From Candidatus Woesearchaeota archaeon (GTDB lineage: Archaea; Nanobdellota; Nanobdellia; Woesearchaeales; JAZDKJ01), in contig JAZDKJ010000013.1 of assembly GCA_043803105.1 (NCBI GenBank), positions 51,814 to 115,813 on the forward strand: DNA of 64,000 nucleotides. Direction: 5' to 3'. A program made the position numbers and the translations under genes. Position 1 is the first letter of the stretch. Each line of letters begins with the position of its first letter. The notes beneath the pieces are model-generated. The model searched no databases, was not told the DNA's origin, and saw only the letters and a program-made list of their open reading frames with translations. Positions 40,962-51,185 of this stretch are shown piece after piece.

Positions 40962-42530
40962 ATGGAAAGCAAAGACATAATAGCAATAACCGTGCTCTTT
41001 CTAATAGGATTCTACCTGTACAGCCTGCCAGTCCAAACCAACAGGTTCCCGTTCGGTGAGGGGGATGCAGCACACAAGTATGGGATGGCTGATTGGATGT
41101 ATACCCAAGACAGTGCACCAAGGGATATGCCTTTCTTCTATGCTACATGGTATCCATGGATAATAAAAAACGATTTCTATGCTCCGGCCAACCCTGCGCC
41201 CTATTATGTAAGCATGGCAGCCACACACATCGTGGCTGGAGGAGACAGATTCACTGCACCAGACATATTCCTGGCCTTGACATCATTAGGACTTGCCAGC
41301 ATCACAGTATACTTTCTTATTAGAAAGCTTTATGGTTTTTGGACAGGATTCCTGGCTTCTGTGTTGCTTTTGTTCCCAATACAAAACATGATGGCATACC
41401 TATGGGGGCAGAGACCTCACCTCATTGCATTAGCCTATGTACCATTAGTCATCTACTGCTATCATAAGTATGTAATATCAGAAAAGAATTCTGGCATCAA
41501 GTACTTGGTACTAGCAAGCGTTTTTGCAGCAGTGGCAGCAGTGATATATCTTCAGGTGCTTTTATTGATAGCAGCATTTGTATTGATATACTCCATCGCA
41601 ATCCTCATTAAAGAAAAAAGGCTTGCATTCAACTGGAAGCACGTTATTCTTGCAGCAGCCATAATCGCGTTAGTTCTCGGCCCATTTGTGCCGGATATTG
41701 CGAAAGGCTATGCAAGCCAAACAAAATCACTTGGAATAAACAACCTCTCACACCTGTTCTATTGGTTCAAGCCTGCAGCAGACATGCCAAACCAGTTCAT
41801 GTATGATTACTCACAAGCCCTGGGGGGTATCTGGAGCCTGCCATTCCTGTTTTTGGGAATATTCTTCATCATCTATAGAAGAAGCAAGGAAGACTTAGTC
41901 GTTCTCTCTTGGTTAGCGGCAATGTACATCGTAATTCATCTTGATGTGACCGGGCTCATGGACCAAGGAAGGACAGCGAGACTCATATTCGGAAGCGCAC
42001 TCGTCTTCTATCCAATAATATCAGTCGCATTCATGGGGATACCGAGGCTAATACCCCTAAGCAAAGGGCAGAAACCAATTTTGCGACTAGCGTTGATTGC
42101 AGTGTTCCTAATCTTGACAGCAATATTTGCAGCAAAACCTGCGTACGAAACGATGAAAAACGCATATCCTGACATGCTCAGGATGACACCATACCAATAC
42201 GAGGCAGCCAAATGGCTAAACCAAAACATACCAGAGAACAGCGTGGTTTACGCTCAGGGACAGCTGACTTACGCCAAAATGAGATGGATTCATATGTTTT
42301 CGCAAAGGGCACTCACTGGCTTTAACAGAAATATGAGCCAAGCAAGCGAGGAGGTAAAGGATTTCCCTGTGACAAACCACCTAACACACGCACTATTAGA
42401 TTACTCGGATTACATGATTTTGGGAGACAAAGCCAATATCGAAAAATTGAAGGGCATAGAGAAAACAATAAAGGGCACACTGATCTATGACCAGGACAAC
42501 ATAAAGGTGTTTGAGCTTGCAGAACAATAA
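40962..42530 (+). CDS. GT-C-like membrane protein
   Basis: GEGDAAH first loop, YFLIRKLYG, WGQ, multiple TM segments, WLNQNIPENS domain. Resembles 46942..48588. Confidence 0.65.
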   Translation: MESKDIIAITVLFLIGFYLYSLPVQTNRFPFGEGDAAHKYGMADWMYTQDSAPRDMPFFYATWYPWIIKNDFYAPANPAPYYVSMAATHIVAGGDRFTAPDIFLALTSLGLASITVYFLIRKLYGFWTGFLASVLLLFPIQNMMAYLWGQRPHLIALAYVPLVIYCYHKYVISEKNSGIKYLVLASVFAAVAAVIYLQVLLLIAAFVLIYSIAILIKEKRLAFNWKHVILAAAIIALVLGPFVPDIAKGYASQTKSLGINNLSHLFYWFKPAADMPNQFMYDYSQALGGIWSLPFLFLGIFFIIYRRSKEDLVVLSWLAAMYIVIHLDVTGLMDQGRTARLIFGSALVFYPIISVAFMGIPRLIPLSKGQKPILRLALIAVFLILTAIFAAKPAYETMKNAYPDMLRMTPYQYEAAKWLNQNIPENSVVYAQGQLTYAKMRWIHMFSQRALTGFNRNMSQASEEVKDFPVTNHLTHALLDYSDYMILGDKANIEKLKGIEKTIKGTLIYDQDNIKVFELAEQ

Positions 42531-42855
42531 CGTAATCGCAATCATTTGCGGAATCGCAGTGGCAATAACAGCCGGCATACTATTCGGATGGACTGGAATA
42601 ATGACAGTGTTAGGTATGCTAATACTCTATTTTGTTCCTGCCTACATAGTGCTGAGAAATCTTGATCTTGACAACTTGGAGCTTTTGGTATTCTCATTCT
42701 TTTTGGGCTTCGGATTGTTCCCTATTATCACGTATTACATTAACAAGCTTGTGGGCTCATTGAGAGTCAGTGTTTTCCTGACATTTGTCGTCATTGTTGC
42801 AGTTGGAGTAATAATCAGGGTAACAAAGAAGAAAACTAAAACCTCTTCAGCTTAA
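42511..42855 (+). CDS. Small ~4-TM membrane protein (DUF1616-like)
   Basis: FVPAY..L.LD.LE..VFSFFLG..PIITYY. Overlaps the upstream GT-C-like gene. Start codon uncertain. Confidence 0.65.
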   Translation: MSLQNNNVIAIICGIAVAITAGILFGWTGIMTVLGMLILYFVPAYIVLRNLDLDNLELLVFSFFLGFGLFPIITYYINKLVGSLRVSVFLTFVVIVAVGVIIRVTKKKTKTSSA

Positions 42856-44203
42856 CCAGGGATTTCTTAAGGGCTGACGGTGTCAAGAAGCCCCTGATTG
42901 TTGGAAGCAGATGCTTCGGGTGCAGGTAGAAGGATAACAGCGCTCGCTGCTTGAGATGAACCAACTTAGCCTTCGGCAGAACCTCTTTTCCAGAAAAGAC
43001 AGGATTCCTATAATAGTCAAAATCAGCGACATCGGCAGAAATCAAGTGAGAGTTCTTGTCGAAGAGAAAGGTATGAGGTAGAGGGGTAGTAATTGAAAAG
43101 GTTGCCTCGTCAATGCCCAGGCTTGTGGAAAAACGAATGGTCTGCTTTATCTCCTCTAAGGTTTCAGAAGGAGCGCCAATCATGAAATAGCCTTGGACCT
43201 TAATGCCCAATGAATTAAAGACCTTGACAGCCTTCTTAACCTGCCTTAATGTAATACCCTTATCATACACTTCGTCCAGAACGCGCTGCGAGCCTGACTC
43301 GATTCCCATAAAGACCTTGCGCAGGCCAGCCTTTTTCAACAGGGCAAATATATCATAATCCACAAGGTTTGCGCGAGCATTAGCGCCGAAAACAAGGCCC
43401 AAATTGCTCTCAATAAGCTTGTCACAAATCCTAGAAACCCAGTCCTTGTCAAAAATCAGGGTGTCATCCTGAAACATAAAGGCATTAATCCCCAGCAGAC
43501 GCTTCCAGTGCCTGAGTTCTGCAACAATGTTTTCAGGAGACCTCTTCCTTATCCTTTGACCGAAAAGTGTTGTCAGGGTAGGCTGACAGAATGAGCACTT
43601 GTAAGGACAACCGCGGGAGCTAATGATGTTGACTCCGCGAAGGTTTTTACCAACAGAATCAAGCTGAAACCAATGATCAAAGTAAGAAGGCAAGTCCACA
43701 AGCTGCAGGTCAGGGAAAGGAAGTTTATCAAGGTCAGGAATGAACTCCCTCTTAGGGTTCTTGACTATCGAGCCAGAACTCTTAAACCAAAGACCCTTTA
43801 CTTTTGAGAAATCACCAGCACTGTTGACCAAATCAAGCCATGTTTGCTCACCCTCTCCAATTACCACAGCATCAACACAACCTTCTCTTAAGGTCTCTTC
43901 AGGCATCACAGTAGGGTGAGGCCCTCCAAAAACAACCCTTACCTTAGGGTTAGATTTTTTCAATATAGAAGCTAACAACAAGGCATCTTTCAACATAGTT
44001 GTCATCAATGAGAAACCAACCAAATCATAATCTTTGCGTGCAAGAAGCGCTGCGGCCTGATGCTTTGAGGAATGGAAAGTGGTGTCAATAACGTCTAACT
44101 CGGCCAGTGAATTTGACTTAAGATATGATGCAATGTAAAGCAAGCCAAGAGGGGCATCGCCAGAAGGATACTTGTAGCGAGGAAATACCAGGGCAACTTT
44201 CAT
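42836..44203 (-). CDS. B12-binding radical SAM protein
   Basis: PLGLLYIAS, GGPHPT, GEGE, SRGCPYKCSFC, GIESGS. TATA at 44227-44234. Confidence 0.92.
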   Translation of the reverse strand: MKVALVFPRYKYPSGDAPLGLLYIASYLKSNSLAELDVIDTTFHSSKHQAAALLARKDYDLVGFSLMTTMLKDALLLASILKKSNPKVRVVFGGPHPTVMPEETLREGCVDAVVIGEGEQTWLDLVNSAGDFSKVKGLWFKSSGSIVKNPKREFIPDLDKLPFPDLQLVDLPSYFDHWFQLDSVGKNLRGVNIISSRGCPYKCSFCQPTLTTLFGQRIRKRSPENIVAELRHWKRLLGINAFMFQDDTLIFDKDWVSRICDKLIESNLGLVFGANARANLVDYDIFALLKKAGLRKVFMGIESGSQRVLDEVYDKGITLRQVKKAVKVFNSLGIKVQGYFMIGAPSETLEEIKQTIRFSTSLGIDEATFSITTPLPHTFLFDKNSHLISADVADFDYYRNPVFSGKEVLPKAKLVHLKQRALLSFYLHPKHLLPTIRGFLTPSALKKSLVKLKRF

Positions 44204-44235
44204 TCCAGAAAGCTTTTCCTAGAATCTATTAAAAG

Positions 44236-45015
44236 TTATGTTTTTTTGCCGGCATTTCTGCATGTATTTTTACTGGTATACACCTTAGGGCTTGAAGTCT
44301 TAGGCTGTGTATAAGCACCTCTCAAAAAATTTGCCTTGACCTTCAACAACTCAACAAACATGCTGTAAGAATCTGTGACAGCGTTAAGCTTTGAGTCGAG
44401 GGCGTTAGCCCAAACAACCGGCACTTCCTTGATCTTGTAGCCTTTCAGCTGTGCCAGAAGAAGGATCTCAGCGTCAAAACTAAAGCGTTCAAGCTTCTGC
44501 AATGGAAAAAGCTCCTGCGCAGCAGCCCTCCTGAAAAGCTTAAAGCCGCATTGCGTATCTCGGATGCCCTTCAAGACAAGAAGATTCACCATTAGCGGGA
44601 AGACCTTGCCAGGAATGCTTCGATACCATGGTTGCCGAGTAACGATCAAAGACCCCTTCATCCTGCGGGAGCCAATCACAATAGGGTAACCATTTATGTA
44701 CTTCATCAACCTGGGGAGTTCAGTAATTGGGGTTGACAGGTCAGCATCAGAAAAAAGGATGTAGGGATTCTCTGCTGCAAGCATTCCGCGCCGAACGCTA
44801 AAGCCCTTGCCGCGGTTAACCTCATTCTTAAGAAGCCTAATCTTTCCGTTGTTAAAACCCTGGACTATCTCAACTGTTGTGTCAGTACTCCCATCATCAA
44901 CTATGATCAACTCATAGTCAAACTTCTTCCTGTCAAGGTAATCGATTACCTTACTAATAGAGTTGGCAATACGCTTTTCCTCGTTATAGGCTGGAATCAC
45001 AACCGAAAGTTTCAT
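44236..45015 (-). CDS. Dolichyl-phosphate beta-glucosyltransferase-like GT2 (ALG5/DPG-synthase type)
   Basis: IPAYNEEKR, NRGKGFSVRRG, DADLSTP, DTQCGFKLF, FSFDAEIL, EVPVVW. Confidence 0.88.
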   Translation of the reverse strand: MKLSVVIPAYNEEKRIANSISKVIDYLDRKKFDYELIIVDDGSTDTTVEIVQGFNNGKIRLLKNEVNRGKGFSVRRGMLAAENPYILFSDADLSTPITELPRLMKYINGYPIVIGSRRMKGSLIVTRQPWYRSIPGKVFPLMVNLLVLKGIRDTQCGFKLFRRAAAQELFPLQKLERFSFDAEILLLAQLKGYKIKEVPVVWANALDSKLNAVTDSYSMFVELLKVKANFLRGAYTQPKTSSPKVYTSKNTCRNAGKKT

Positions 45016-46604
45016 TTTCTTTGAAAAACAATGAAGTAGGTTAAATTTTTTGTGGTATACCCTAGCGTTGGCAGGACGAGGGTTGTAGCCTGCAGCAAGG
45101 TTGAGTCTGGCTCGTATCTGTAAACAAAAACATAGGTGGGCAACTGGGTTTGATTAAGCCATGTGAAGTAAGCAGCAGGGTTATTCTCGATGCCACCGTC
45201 CCAGAAGTCAATCTCGACAAGCTGCCTCATATTCTTAGGGTTAAAGTCCTTTTTTGCAGTCATTGCCTCAAAGGCAAAGAGATCAGGGGTTGCTGTATAG
45301 TTTACAGACCTTTTGCCACCACCCTTCGGATAAACCAATAGTTTTGGGTCTGGAATAGACTTTATAAAATCCACAACCTCAGAATTCAGGCTGCCGTATT
45401 CTTTCACTCTAGAGTCCATTATTGCGATATCCTTCAATACAAATGGGACAAGCAAGAGGACAACAAGAGATGTGAATGCATAGGGATAAAAGCGCTTCAG
45501 CAAGAGCGTGAGTTCGCTAAGGCCCTGAACCATAAAAATGAAAATGAAGGGCACTGCGGCAATCATGTACCTAATCTTCTGGTTGGAGATAAAGAAAGTG
45601 GCAAAGCCCAAGGTAACCAAAATGAAAAGCAACACGTGCCAGTTATCCTTGAAGTAAGACCTGCTCTTGGGCATCACAAAAGGGACAACGGCGAGAAAGA
45701 CAGCAAAAAAAGTGGTGAAGGCAAGCTCCTTGAAGTAGAAAAAGACATCCCCTGTTGTCTGTCTCTGCATTCCTTCAAAAAAGACTCTCTGGAACATGCC
45801 AGAATCAATGAGGGAGAACTTGAGCCACCAGCCACCAAGCAGCAGGAAAACCAAAACAATGAGAGTATAACGCTTCACAATAGACCAAGCGCCAGAGGAT
45901 TTGAGGGTAGAAAAAAAGTCTTTATCCCAGCGTGTTACAAAAAGTATTATTGTGTAGATAGCCATAAAAAGGGAGGCAAAGATGAGGTTCTGATATTTCA
46001 TGAGTGTTGCTGAAGTCAAGAAGATGGCGCTCACAAGATCGAAGAGATTGATCCTTAACCTGAGCCTCCTTGACAAAACGAAGGAAAAGTACTTTGGCTC
46101 CCTGTAGAAGAAAAAGTAAAACCATCCTACCATCAAAAGAGCAGCAGCCATATCAGGAATGGACTCACGACTAAACTCAAAGGCGTAGGGATACAGCAGG
46201 TAAAGGAAGACTGCAGCAATCGCCAGCCAGACATTCTTGAGGATTTTTCTTGAGATAAAGAAGAGAAGGAATGAGCCAAAACATATAATCAGCAGGGTTG
46301 CGAGCCTTGAGGTGTAGGTTGAGGCACCGAATATCATGAAGGTGATTGCCTGGGCAAGGGCATGAGCGGGTGGATCATATAAGGCGTTCCAGCCAATATT
46401 GTAGCCTCGCTGCTGGTAGTATCCAAGAAAGGTCTTTAGCGACATGATATCCCCACTTAAAATGGTCCTAAGATAATCATAAAGAAAGTGGCCTTGAACA
46501 GCGTGGCGGGCTTCGTCGTAGCTTAGGATATAACCTGTCTTGTAATTCGCGAAAAGAAAGAGACAAATCAGCAGTGCAATAAAAACAATAGTGGAGCCTT
46601 TCAT
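45012..46604 (-). CDS. GT-C-fold (ArnT-like) membrane glycosyltransferase
   Basis: YDEARH first loop, DPP, SRL, PD, LMKY, RY, many TM segments. Confidence 0.8.
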   Translation of the reverse strand: MKGSTIVFIALLICLFLFANYKTGYILSYDEARHAVQGHFLYDYLRTILSGDIMSLKTFLGYYQQRGYNIGWNALYDPPAHALAQAITFMIFGASTYTSRLATLLIICFGSFLLFFISRKILKNVWLAIAAVFLYLLYPYAFEFSRESIPDMAAALLMVGWFYFFFYREPKYFSFVLSRRLRLRINLFDLVSAIFLTSATLMKYQNLIFASLFMAIYTIILFVTRWDKDFFSTLKSSGAWSIVKRYTLIVLVFLLLGGWWLKFSLIDSGMFQRVFFEGMQRQTTGDVFFYFKELAFTTFFAVFLAVVPFVMPKSRSYFKDNWHVLLFILVTLGFATFFISNQKIRYMIAAVPFIFIFMVQGLSELTLLLKRFYPYAFTSLVVLLLVPFVLKDIAIMDSRVKEYGSLNSEVVDFIKSIPDPKLLVYPKGGGKRSVNYTATPDLFAFEAMTAKKDFNPKNMRQLVEIDFWDGGIENNPAAYFTWLNQTQLPTYVFVYRYEPDSTLLQATTLVLPTLGYTTKNLTYFIVFQRK

Positions 46605-46945
46605 TTTTTCTTCTTGACCTCCAATACAATGCCTAGAATTATCATGGCCGTTGGAATAACAAACAAATGGTATCTTATATGCAGACCTAAGATACCAAGA
46701 TAATAACTGGATATGCCGAGAACTGCGGCACTGAGCGCAAAACCAAGCAACAACCGCTTAGGCAGGTCAAGCGACTCATTCCAGTAAAGCATTATTGCAT
46801 AGCCTGGAAGCACAAAGAGCCAGAAGAGCGATGCGACCAGCCTCAACACAACAAAAAAATTCTCAAGGAAGAAGACAATCTTTGCGATGATGAAGAGTAC
46901 TATAAATAGCGTGGCCAGAACACTGATTTCCTTTCGGTAATTCAC
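46601..46945 (-). CDS. Small ~4-TM membrane protein (DUF1616-like)
   Basis: FVLPGY..LDLPKRLLLGFALS..SYYLG. Similar to 42511..42855. Confidence 0.75.
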   Translation of the reverse strand: MNYRKEISVLATLFIVLFIIAKIVFFLENFFVVLRLVASLFWLFVLPGYAIMLYWNESLDLPKRLLLGFALSAAVLGISSYYLGILGLHIRYHLFVIPTAMIILGIVLEVKKKK

Positions 46946-48588
46946 TTTAACTTCACACCTTCCTTTGGAATGCAGTCCTTCCCTGGTTGCATGTTCTCCA
47001 AGATGCTTACCAATTCGTTACTGTAAACCTCTTCGGTAAAACCTGAGCCTAACATTACCTGCCGAATCGCGAGATTATACTGGGCAAGCGCAGGGTAATA
47101 AGCGCTTGACTTGTCAAAAACATAATAGTCATAATTACAGACGTCAACAAGATGCTCTGTGCTAATGTTTTCTTCCAAGAGATGGTATCCAAACGAAAAG
47201 AATGACTTGCGGTAAGGGAGGAATTCTGCATTAACAAGGAACCTTGAAAAGAAATCCCTGGGAATAATCATATCATTAAGGTTCTGCGCTATACCCTTGT
47301 TCATGGCATATGTGGCAAACCTGGCAGGAATAAGAAGCTGTGCATTCTGATCAAAGGTGTCGCCGTAGAAAAAATATACCCTGGCAGCAGTTGGTGTGTC
47401 TGACTTAAGCCATTGGTAAGCATCCCAATGGTAAGGGTTTAGCAGGCCCTGGTCAAGATTCCTTGCCTGAAAGCTGATTACCACAAAAACGAGAATGGCC
47501 AAGGAGGCAATGCTCACGAATAGTGAGTTTTCGCGTTTCATGAATAGTTTTAAGCATTGGTACAGGAAAATGCCAAAAAAGACTGAGAGATAAACAGGCC
47601 AAAAAAACCTGGTCTGGAATGACCTGTTGCCGATTCCAATATAATTAAGAAGCCCAACAAAGAGCATGAAAGAGGCAAAAAGCATGGAGAGATGAGCCTT
47701 TTTCTTGAAGATCAGATAAAGGCTCACAGCAAAGCCGACCAGAATAGGAAGCAGGAAAAGCCAACCAAAGTCTGAAAGATAGGCAATCCTAAAGCCTGCA
47801 TCAGAGACAACTGTAAACCATTTGAAGCTGCTCGGGCCATAATTTGCATAATAACTATTGAAAAATATAACCATATAATAAAATGATATCAAACTTACCA
47901 AGACAGCTGACAAAGCAAGCTTCTTTACAAGTGTAAGGTTGAGGGTTTTTTTGAAAAGCAGATCATAGAGCAGGTAAACCACAACAAATCCCAAAAAGAA
48001 AAAGAACTCTGATGTGTGAGCCAAGAAGATCGCACTAACTAAAATGGCAAAGGGAACAAAAATACCTTTCTCCTTCAAATGCCTGAGAAGAACAACTGAA
48101 GCAATCAGGAAGAAACTTCCGGCAAGGTAGGTGAGCTGACCCCAAGTGATTGCAGTATAAAAATTCTTCAAGAAAAGAAAAGCAAAAATTGGGGCAGAAA
48201 GAAGAGCAACTGTGCCATTATAGTCCTTGATAAGAATATACATGAGAAGAGCTGAGACAACAGAGAGGAGCACGCACAAAAACATGAGGGTATCTGAAGG
48301 AGCCAAACCAGAGGCATAAGCCAGGTTGACGTTCAGGTGAGCGAGCATAGGGAGCATGTAACTGACAACATCAGCATAACCTGCAGCAATGTAAGGCAGC
48401 ACATATTTCCAATTGCCTACATCATACAGATTCTGGCTCTGGTAAAGATTGTGGATAGCATCAGAGGCAAAATAGCCCCAAGGAGATGAATGCGAAAGCC
48501 TGTAATCGTAAAGTGCTGCGATTCCTGTCCAAAGCAAGACACCTACAAGAACCAACAGAAAAACTGATTCGAGATGCTCGCGCTTCAA
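46942..48588 (-). CDS. GT-C-like membrane protein
   Basis: ASDAIH first loop, YILIKDYN, WGQ, WLKSDTP domain. Probable TTG start at 48588 after a GGTGA SD. Confidence 0.65.
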   Translation of the reverse strand: MKREHLESVFLLVLVGVLLWTGIAALYDYRLSHSSPWGYFASDAIHNLYQSQNLYDVGNWKYVLPYIAAGYADVVSYMLPMLAHLNVNLAYASGLAPSDTLMFLCVLLSVVSALLMYILIKDYNGTVALLSAPIFAFLFLKNFYTAITWGQLTYLAGSFFLIASVVLLRHLKEKGIFVPFAILVSAIFLAHTSEFFFFLGFVVVYLLYDLLFKKTLNLTLVKKLALSAVLVSLISFYYMVIFFNSYYANYGPSSFKWFTVVSDAGFRIAYLSDFGWLFLLPILVGFAVSLYLIFKKKAHLSMLFASFMLFVGLLNYIGIGNRSFQTRFFWPVYLSVFFGIFLYQCLKLFMKRENSLFVSIASLAILVFVVISFQARNLDQGLLNPYHWDAYQWLKSDTPTAARVYFFYGDTFDQNAQLLIPARFATYAMNKGIAQNLNDMIIPRDFFSRFLVNAEFLPYRKSFFSFGYHLLEENISTEHLVDVCNYDYYVFDKSSAYYPALAQYNLAIRQVMLGSGFTEEVYSNELVSILENMQPGKDCIPKEGVKLK

Positions 48589-48592
48589 ACTA

Positions 48593-50005
48593 TCACCCAA
48601 AAATCCAATTCTTAGCCCAACTAATAGCCTGCAGACCGATGCTTGGCCAATCCCGAAGCGGAAACTCCCTGACCTTGCGCCACACATAGGATGGCCTCAA
48701 GTAAAATGCACGGTAAGCCTGTATCAAAGCGTTCTTGATATCCTTGTCTGACAAGGTGGGGTAAGAAACAATCGCCTGATTAAGCTCATACCTGCTATAG
48801 TCCTTTGTGGTAATATATCCTTGCTTTTCCATCAGATCATGGAACTCAGTGCCTGGAAACGGGACTGCGCAGTAGAACTCCGCATAATCTGGGTTGGCAT
48901 GCTTGATGCCCTTAATCGTGCGCTTAATGGATTGTGCTGTCTCACCAGGCAAGCCAAAAATAAGGTGGGCCTGAGTCTTGATACCGTGCAGTCTGCAAAT
49001 CGAGATTGCGCGCTCTATCTGGGCAACAGTAATCCGCTTTTTCATCCTGTCAAGGATTGACTGATCAAGGCTTTCAACGCCCAAGGTGATGACTTTGCAG
49101 TGAGCCTTTGCCATTATCTTGATCATCTCATCATCAATAGTGTCAACGCGGCTGTTGCAGTACCACTCAAAATCAAGGCCGGATGCAATAATCTTGTAGC
49201 ACAACTCCAAGACAAACTGCTTGTTTAATGTAAAGGTGTCAGACCACATGGCAATATAGCGGATATGGAGCTTTTCAACCACATGCCTAATCTCCTCTAG
49301 AATGTTGTCAGCGCTCCTGGACCTTGGCTTTCTGCCATAATATTGGTGGGCTGTGCAGTAGATGCAACTGTAAGGGCAGCCGCGCGAGGCAATAATCAAG
49401 GTGTAAGGCTTGTGAGAGAGCGGTGCAATGTACAACTCATTATGCAAAAGTGTCCTGTCGGGGAAGGGAAGGCTGTCAAGATCATCTATGAGTGGTGCAG
49501 GCGCATTGTACACAACAACCCCTTGCCTGCGGAAGCTTATGCCTTTGACAGAGGCAAGGTCATTTTTATCACGCAATGCCTTAACCAAGTAAAGACAAAT
49601 AATCTCAGGCTCGCCCCTGATGAGAAAATCGAAGCTGGTGCTTTTCATTGTCTCTTCAGATGTTGTTGTAACGTGCACACCGTAAGCAGCAACAGGTATT
49701 TTCTGGGACTTACAAAGTTGGGCAACCTGGATATCTGTGTTAAAACTGACTGTGGCAACATTTACGACAACCAAGGCAGGACTCTCTTTGGAGATAATGG
49801 ATTTCAGGGCATCAAAGGAAATGTTATCTGCAATACAGTCAACAATCATGACAACAAAACCATCCCTCTGAAGCACTGAGGCAATGGAGGGAAGGCTAAT
49901 TGGGGTCATCAAATACTGAAAAGAATCTGCACGCTGCTCGCAACGGCCTTCGCGAATGCAGCGCAGGCCATTTGCAGCTGGTGGGTTAACAAGCAGTATT
50001 TTCAT
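48593..50005 (-). CDS. B12-binding radical SAM protein (HpnJ-like N-terminus)
   Basis: LLVNPP..REGRCEQ, GEPE, SRGCPYSCIYC, GVES, FGLPGET, PFPGT. Confidence 0.92.
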   Translation of the reverse strand: MKILLVNPPAANGLRCIREGRCEQRADSFQYLMTPISLPSIASVLQRDGFVVMIVDCIADNISFDALKSIISKESPALVVVNVATVSFNTDIQVAQLCKSQKIPVAAYGVHVTTTSEETMKSTSFDFLIRGEPEIICLYLVKALRDKNDLASVKGISFRRQGVVVYNAPAPLIDDLDSLPFPDRTLLHNELYIAPLSHKPYTLIIASRGCPYSCIYCTAHQYYGRKPRSRSADNILEEIRHVVEKLHIRYIAMWSDTFTLNKQFVLELCYKIIASGLDFEWYCNSRVDTIDDEMIKIMAKAHCKVITLGVESLDQSILDRMKKRITVAQIERAISICRLHGIKTQAHLIFGLPGETAQSIKRTIKGIKHANPDYAEFYCAVPFPGTEFHDLMEKQGYITTKDYSRYELNQAIVSYPTLSDKDIKNALIQAYRAFYLRPSYVWRKVREFPLRDWPSIGLQAISWAKNWIFG

Positions 50006-50688
50006 TTTTCCAGATAATGAACAAACAAGCTTTTCAAAAGGCATGCGCCGTGACTAATCGGGCCTGTGCTGTGGCGCGCCCTTGAGTAGTCACAGCGTGA
50101 GCGCACTTCAACAACCCGATAATTCCTGCGGGCAACCTTAGCAAGAATCTCAAGAGAAATACCCATGGTAGTATCCTTGAGGTGCAGACTCCTGACAACA
50201 GATGAGCGGTAGGCGCGCAAGCCGCTCTGGCAATCAGTAACATTCAGGCCAAAAAGCAAATTCGTGAGAGCAGTAAATCCAAGAATTCCAAGCTTCCTGT
50301 ACAACGGAAAGCTGGTAGAACCGTCAAGGAACCTGGAGCCAATAACAATATCCGCTTTTTTATCGAAAATGGGTACCAAGAGCATGGCAAGTTCTTCAGG
50401 GTCATGCTGTCCGTCAGAGTCCAGAGTGACTATTATATCTGAATTCTTTGCCGAATTGAAGCCAGTAATCAAAGCACCACCATAACCTGTGTTTTCGGAG
50501 TGATTTACCAGAGTAACCTTCTTTTTCAATGCGACAGCAGATGTCTTGTCAGTGGAACAATCGTTAACGACTATGATTTCTAGAGAGTGATTTGGCAGAG
50601 TACGGCTGAAGGAATGCCTGACACCATCTATGACCCTACCAATGCTTCTTTCCTCATTATAAGCAGGCAAGACTACAGCTATCTTCAT
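50002..50688 (-). CDS. GT2 polyprenol-phosphate glycosyltransferase
   Basis: LPAYNEE, NDCSTD, NTGYG, DSDGQHDP, GSRF, TDCQSGLRAY. Confidence 0.9.
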   Translation of the reverse strand: MKIAVVLPAYNEERSIGRVIDGVRHSFSRTLPNHSLEIIVVNDCSTDKTSAVALKKKVTLVNHSENTGYGGALITGFNSAKNSDIIVTLDSDGQHDPEELAMLLVPIFDKKADIVIGSRFLDGSTSFPLYRKLGILGFTALTNLLFGLNVTDCQSGLRAYRSSVVRSLHLKDTTMGISLEILAKVARRNYRVVEVRSRCDYSRARHSTGPISHGACLLKSLFVHYLEK

Positions 50689-51185
50689 TTATTGTATACC
50701 TCGAGTATCTTCTTTATGAGGCTGCTTGTTGAGAAGCCTTTGTGTAGCTCTACAATGTGAAGCCTTGCGCCAATTCTCTTAACAGTTGCGGACTCAATGC
50801 AGTTCTTGCCATAATCAGAGCCATTGACGTGCACATCTGGCCTTACTGACGCGATAAATTTAAAGCAGGTAGGCTCGTTAAAAATGGTAACATAATCAAC
50901 GCATTCAAGTGCTGAGAGCATCTCTCTCCGGTAAGCCTGAGGGTTAAGCGGCCGCTTTGCCCAGTCCTTATAATTCATGCGCTTTTTCCATTTACGCACT
51001 GAAGAATCACTATTCAAGCCGACAATCAAGACATCACCCTGCTTTTTCGCCTCCTGCAATAACCTAATATGGCCGACGTGGAGAAGGTCAAAGCTGCCGT
51101 TAATTGTAACGATTTTCTTACCTTGAGCCTTAAGGGCCGGCACCAGCCGCATGATTTCTCTGCGGCTCTTTAATTTGCTATTCAT
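50685..51185 (-). CDS. hldC: D-glycero-beta-D-manno-heptose-1-phosphate adenylyltransferase (RfaE C-terminal domain)
   Basis: NGSFDLLHVGH, VGLNSDSSV, KRP, VDYVTIF, GSDY, GFSTS. Confidence 0.85.
   Translation of the reverse strand: MNSKLKSRREIMRLVPALKAQGKKIVTINGSFDLLHVGHIRLLQEAKKQGDVLIVGLNSDSSVRKWKKRMNYKDWAKRPLNPQAYRREMLSALECVDYVTIFNEPTCFKFIASVRPDVHVNGSDYGKNCIESATVKRIGARLHIVELHKGFSTSSLIKKILEVYNK

Noticed and set aside
48593-50005. Hopanoid biosynthesis (HpnJ/HpnH-like radical SAM genes)
   Set aside because: No squalene synthase or squalene-hopene cyclase is present; the similarity is at family level only.
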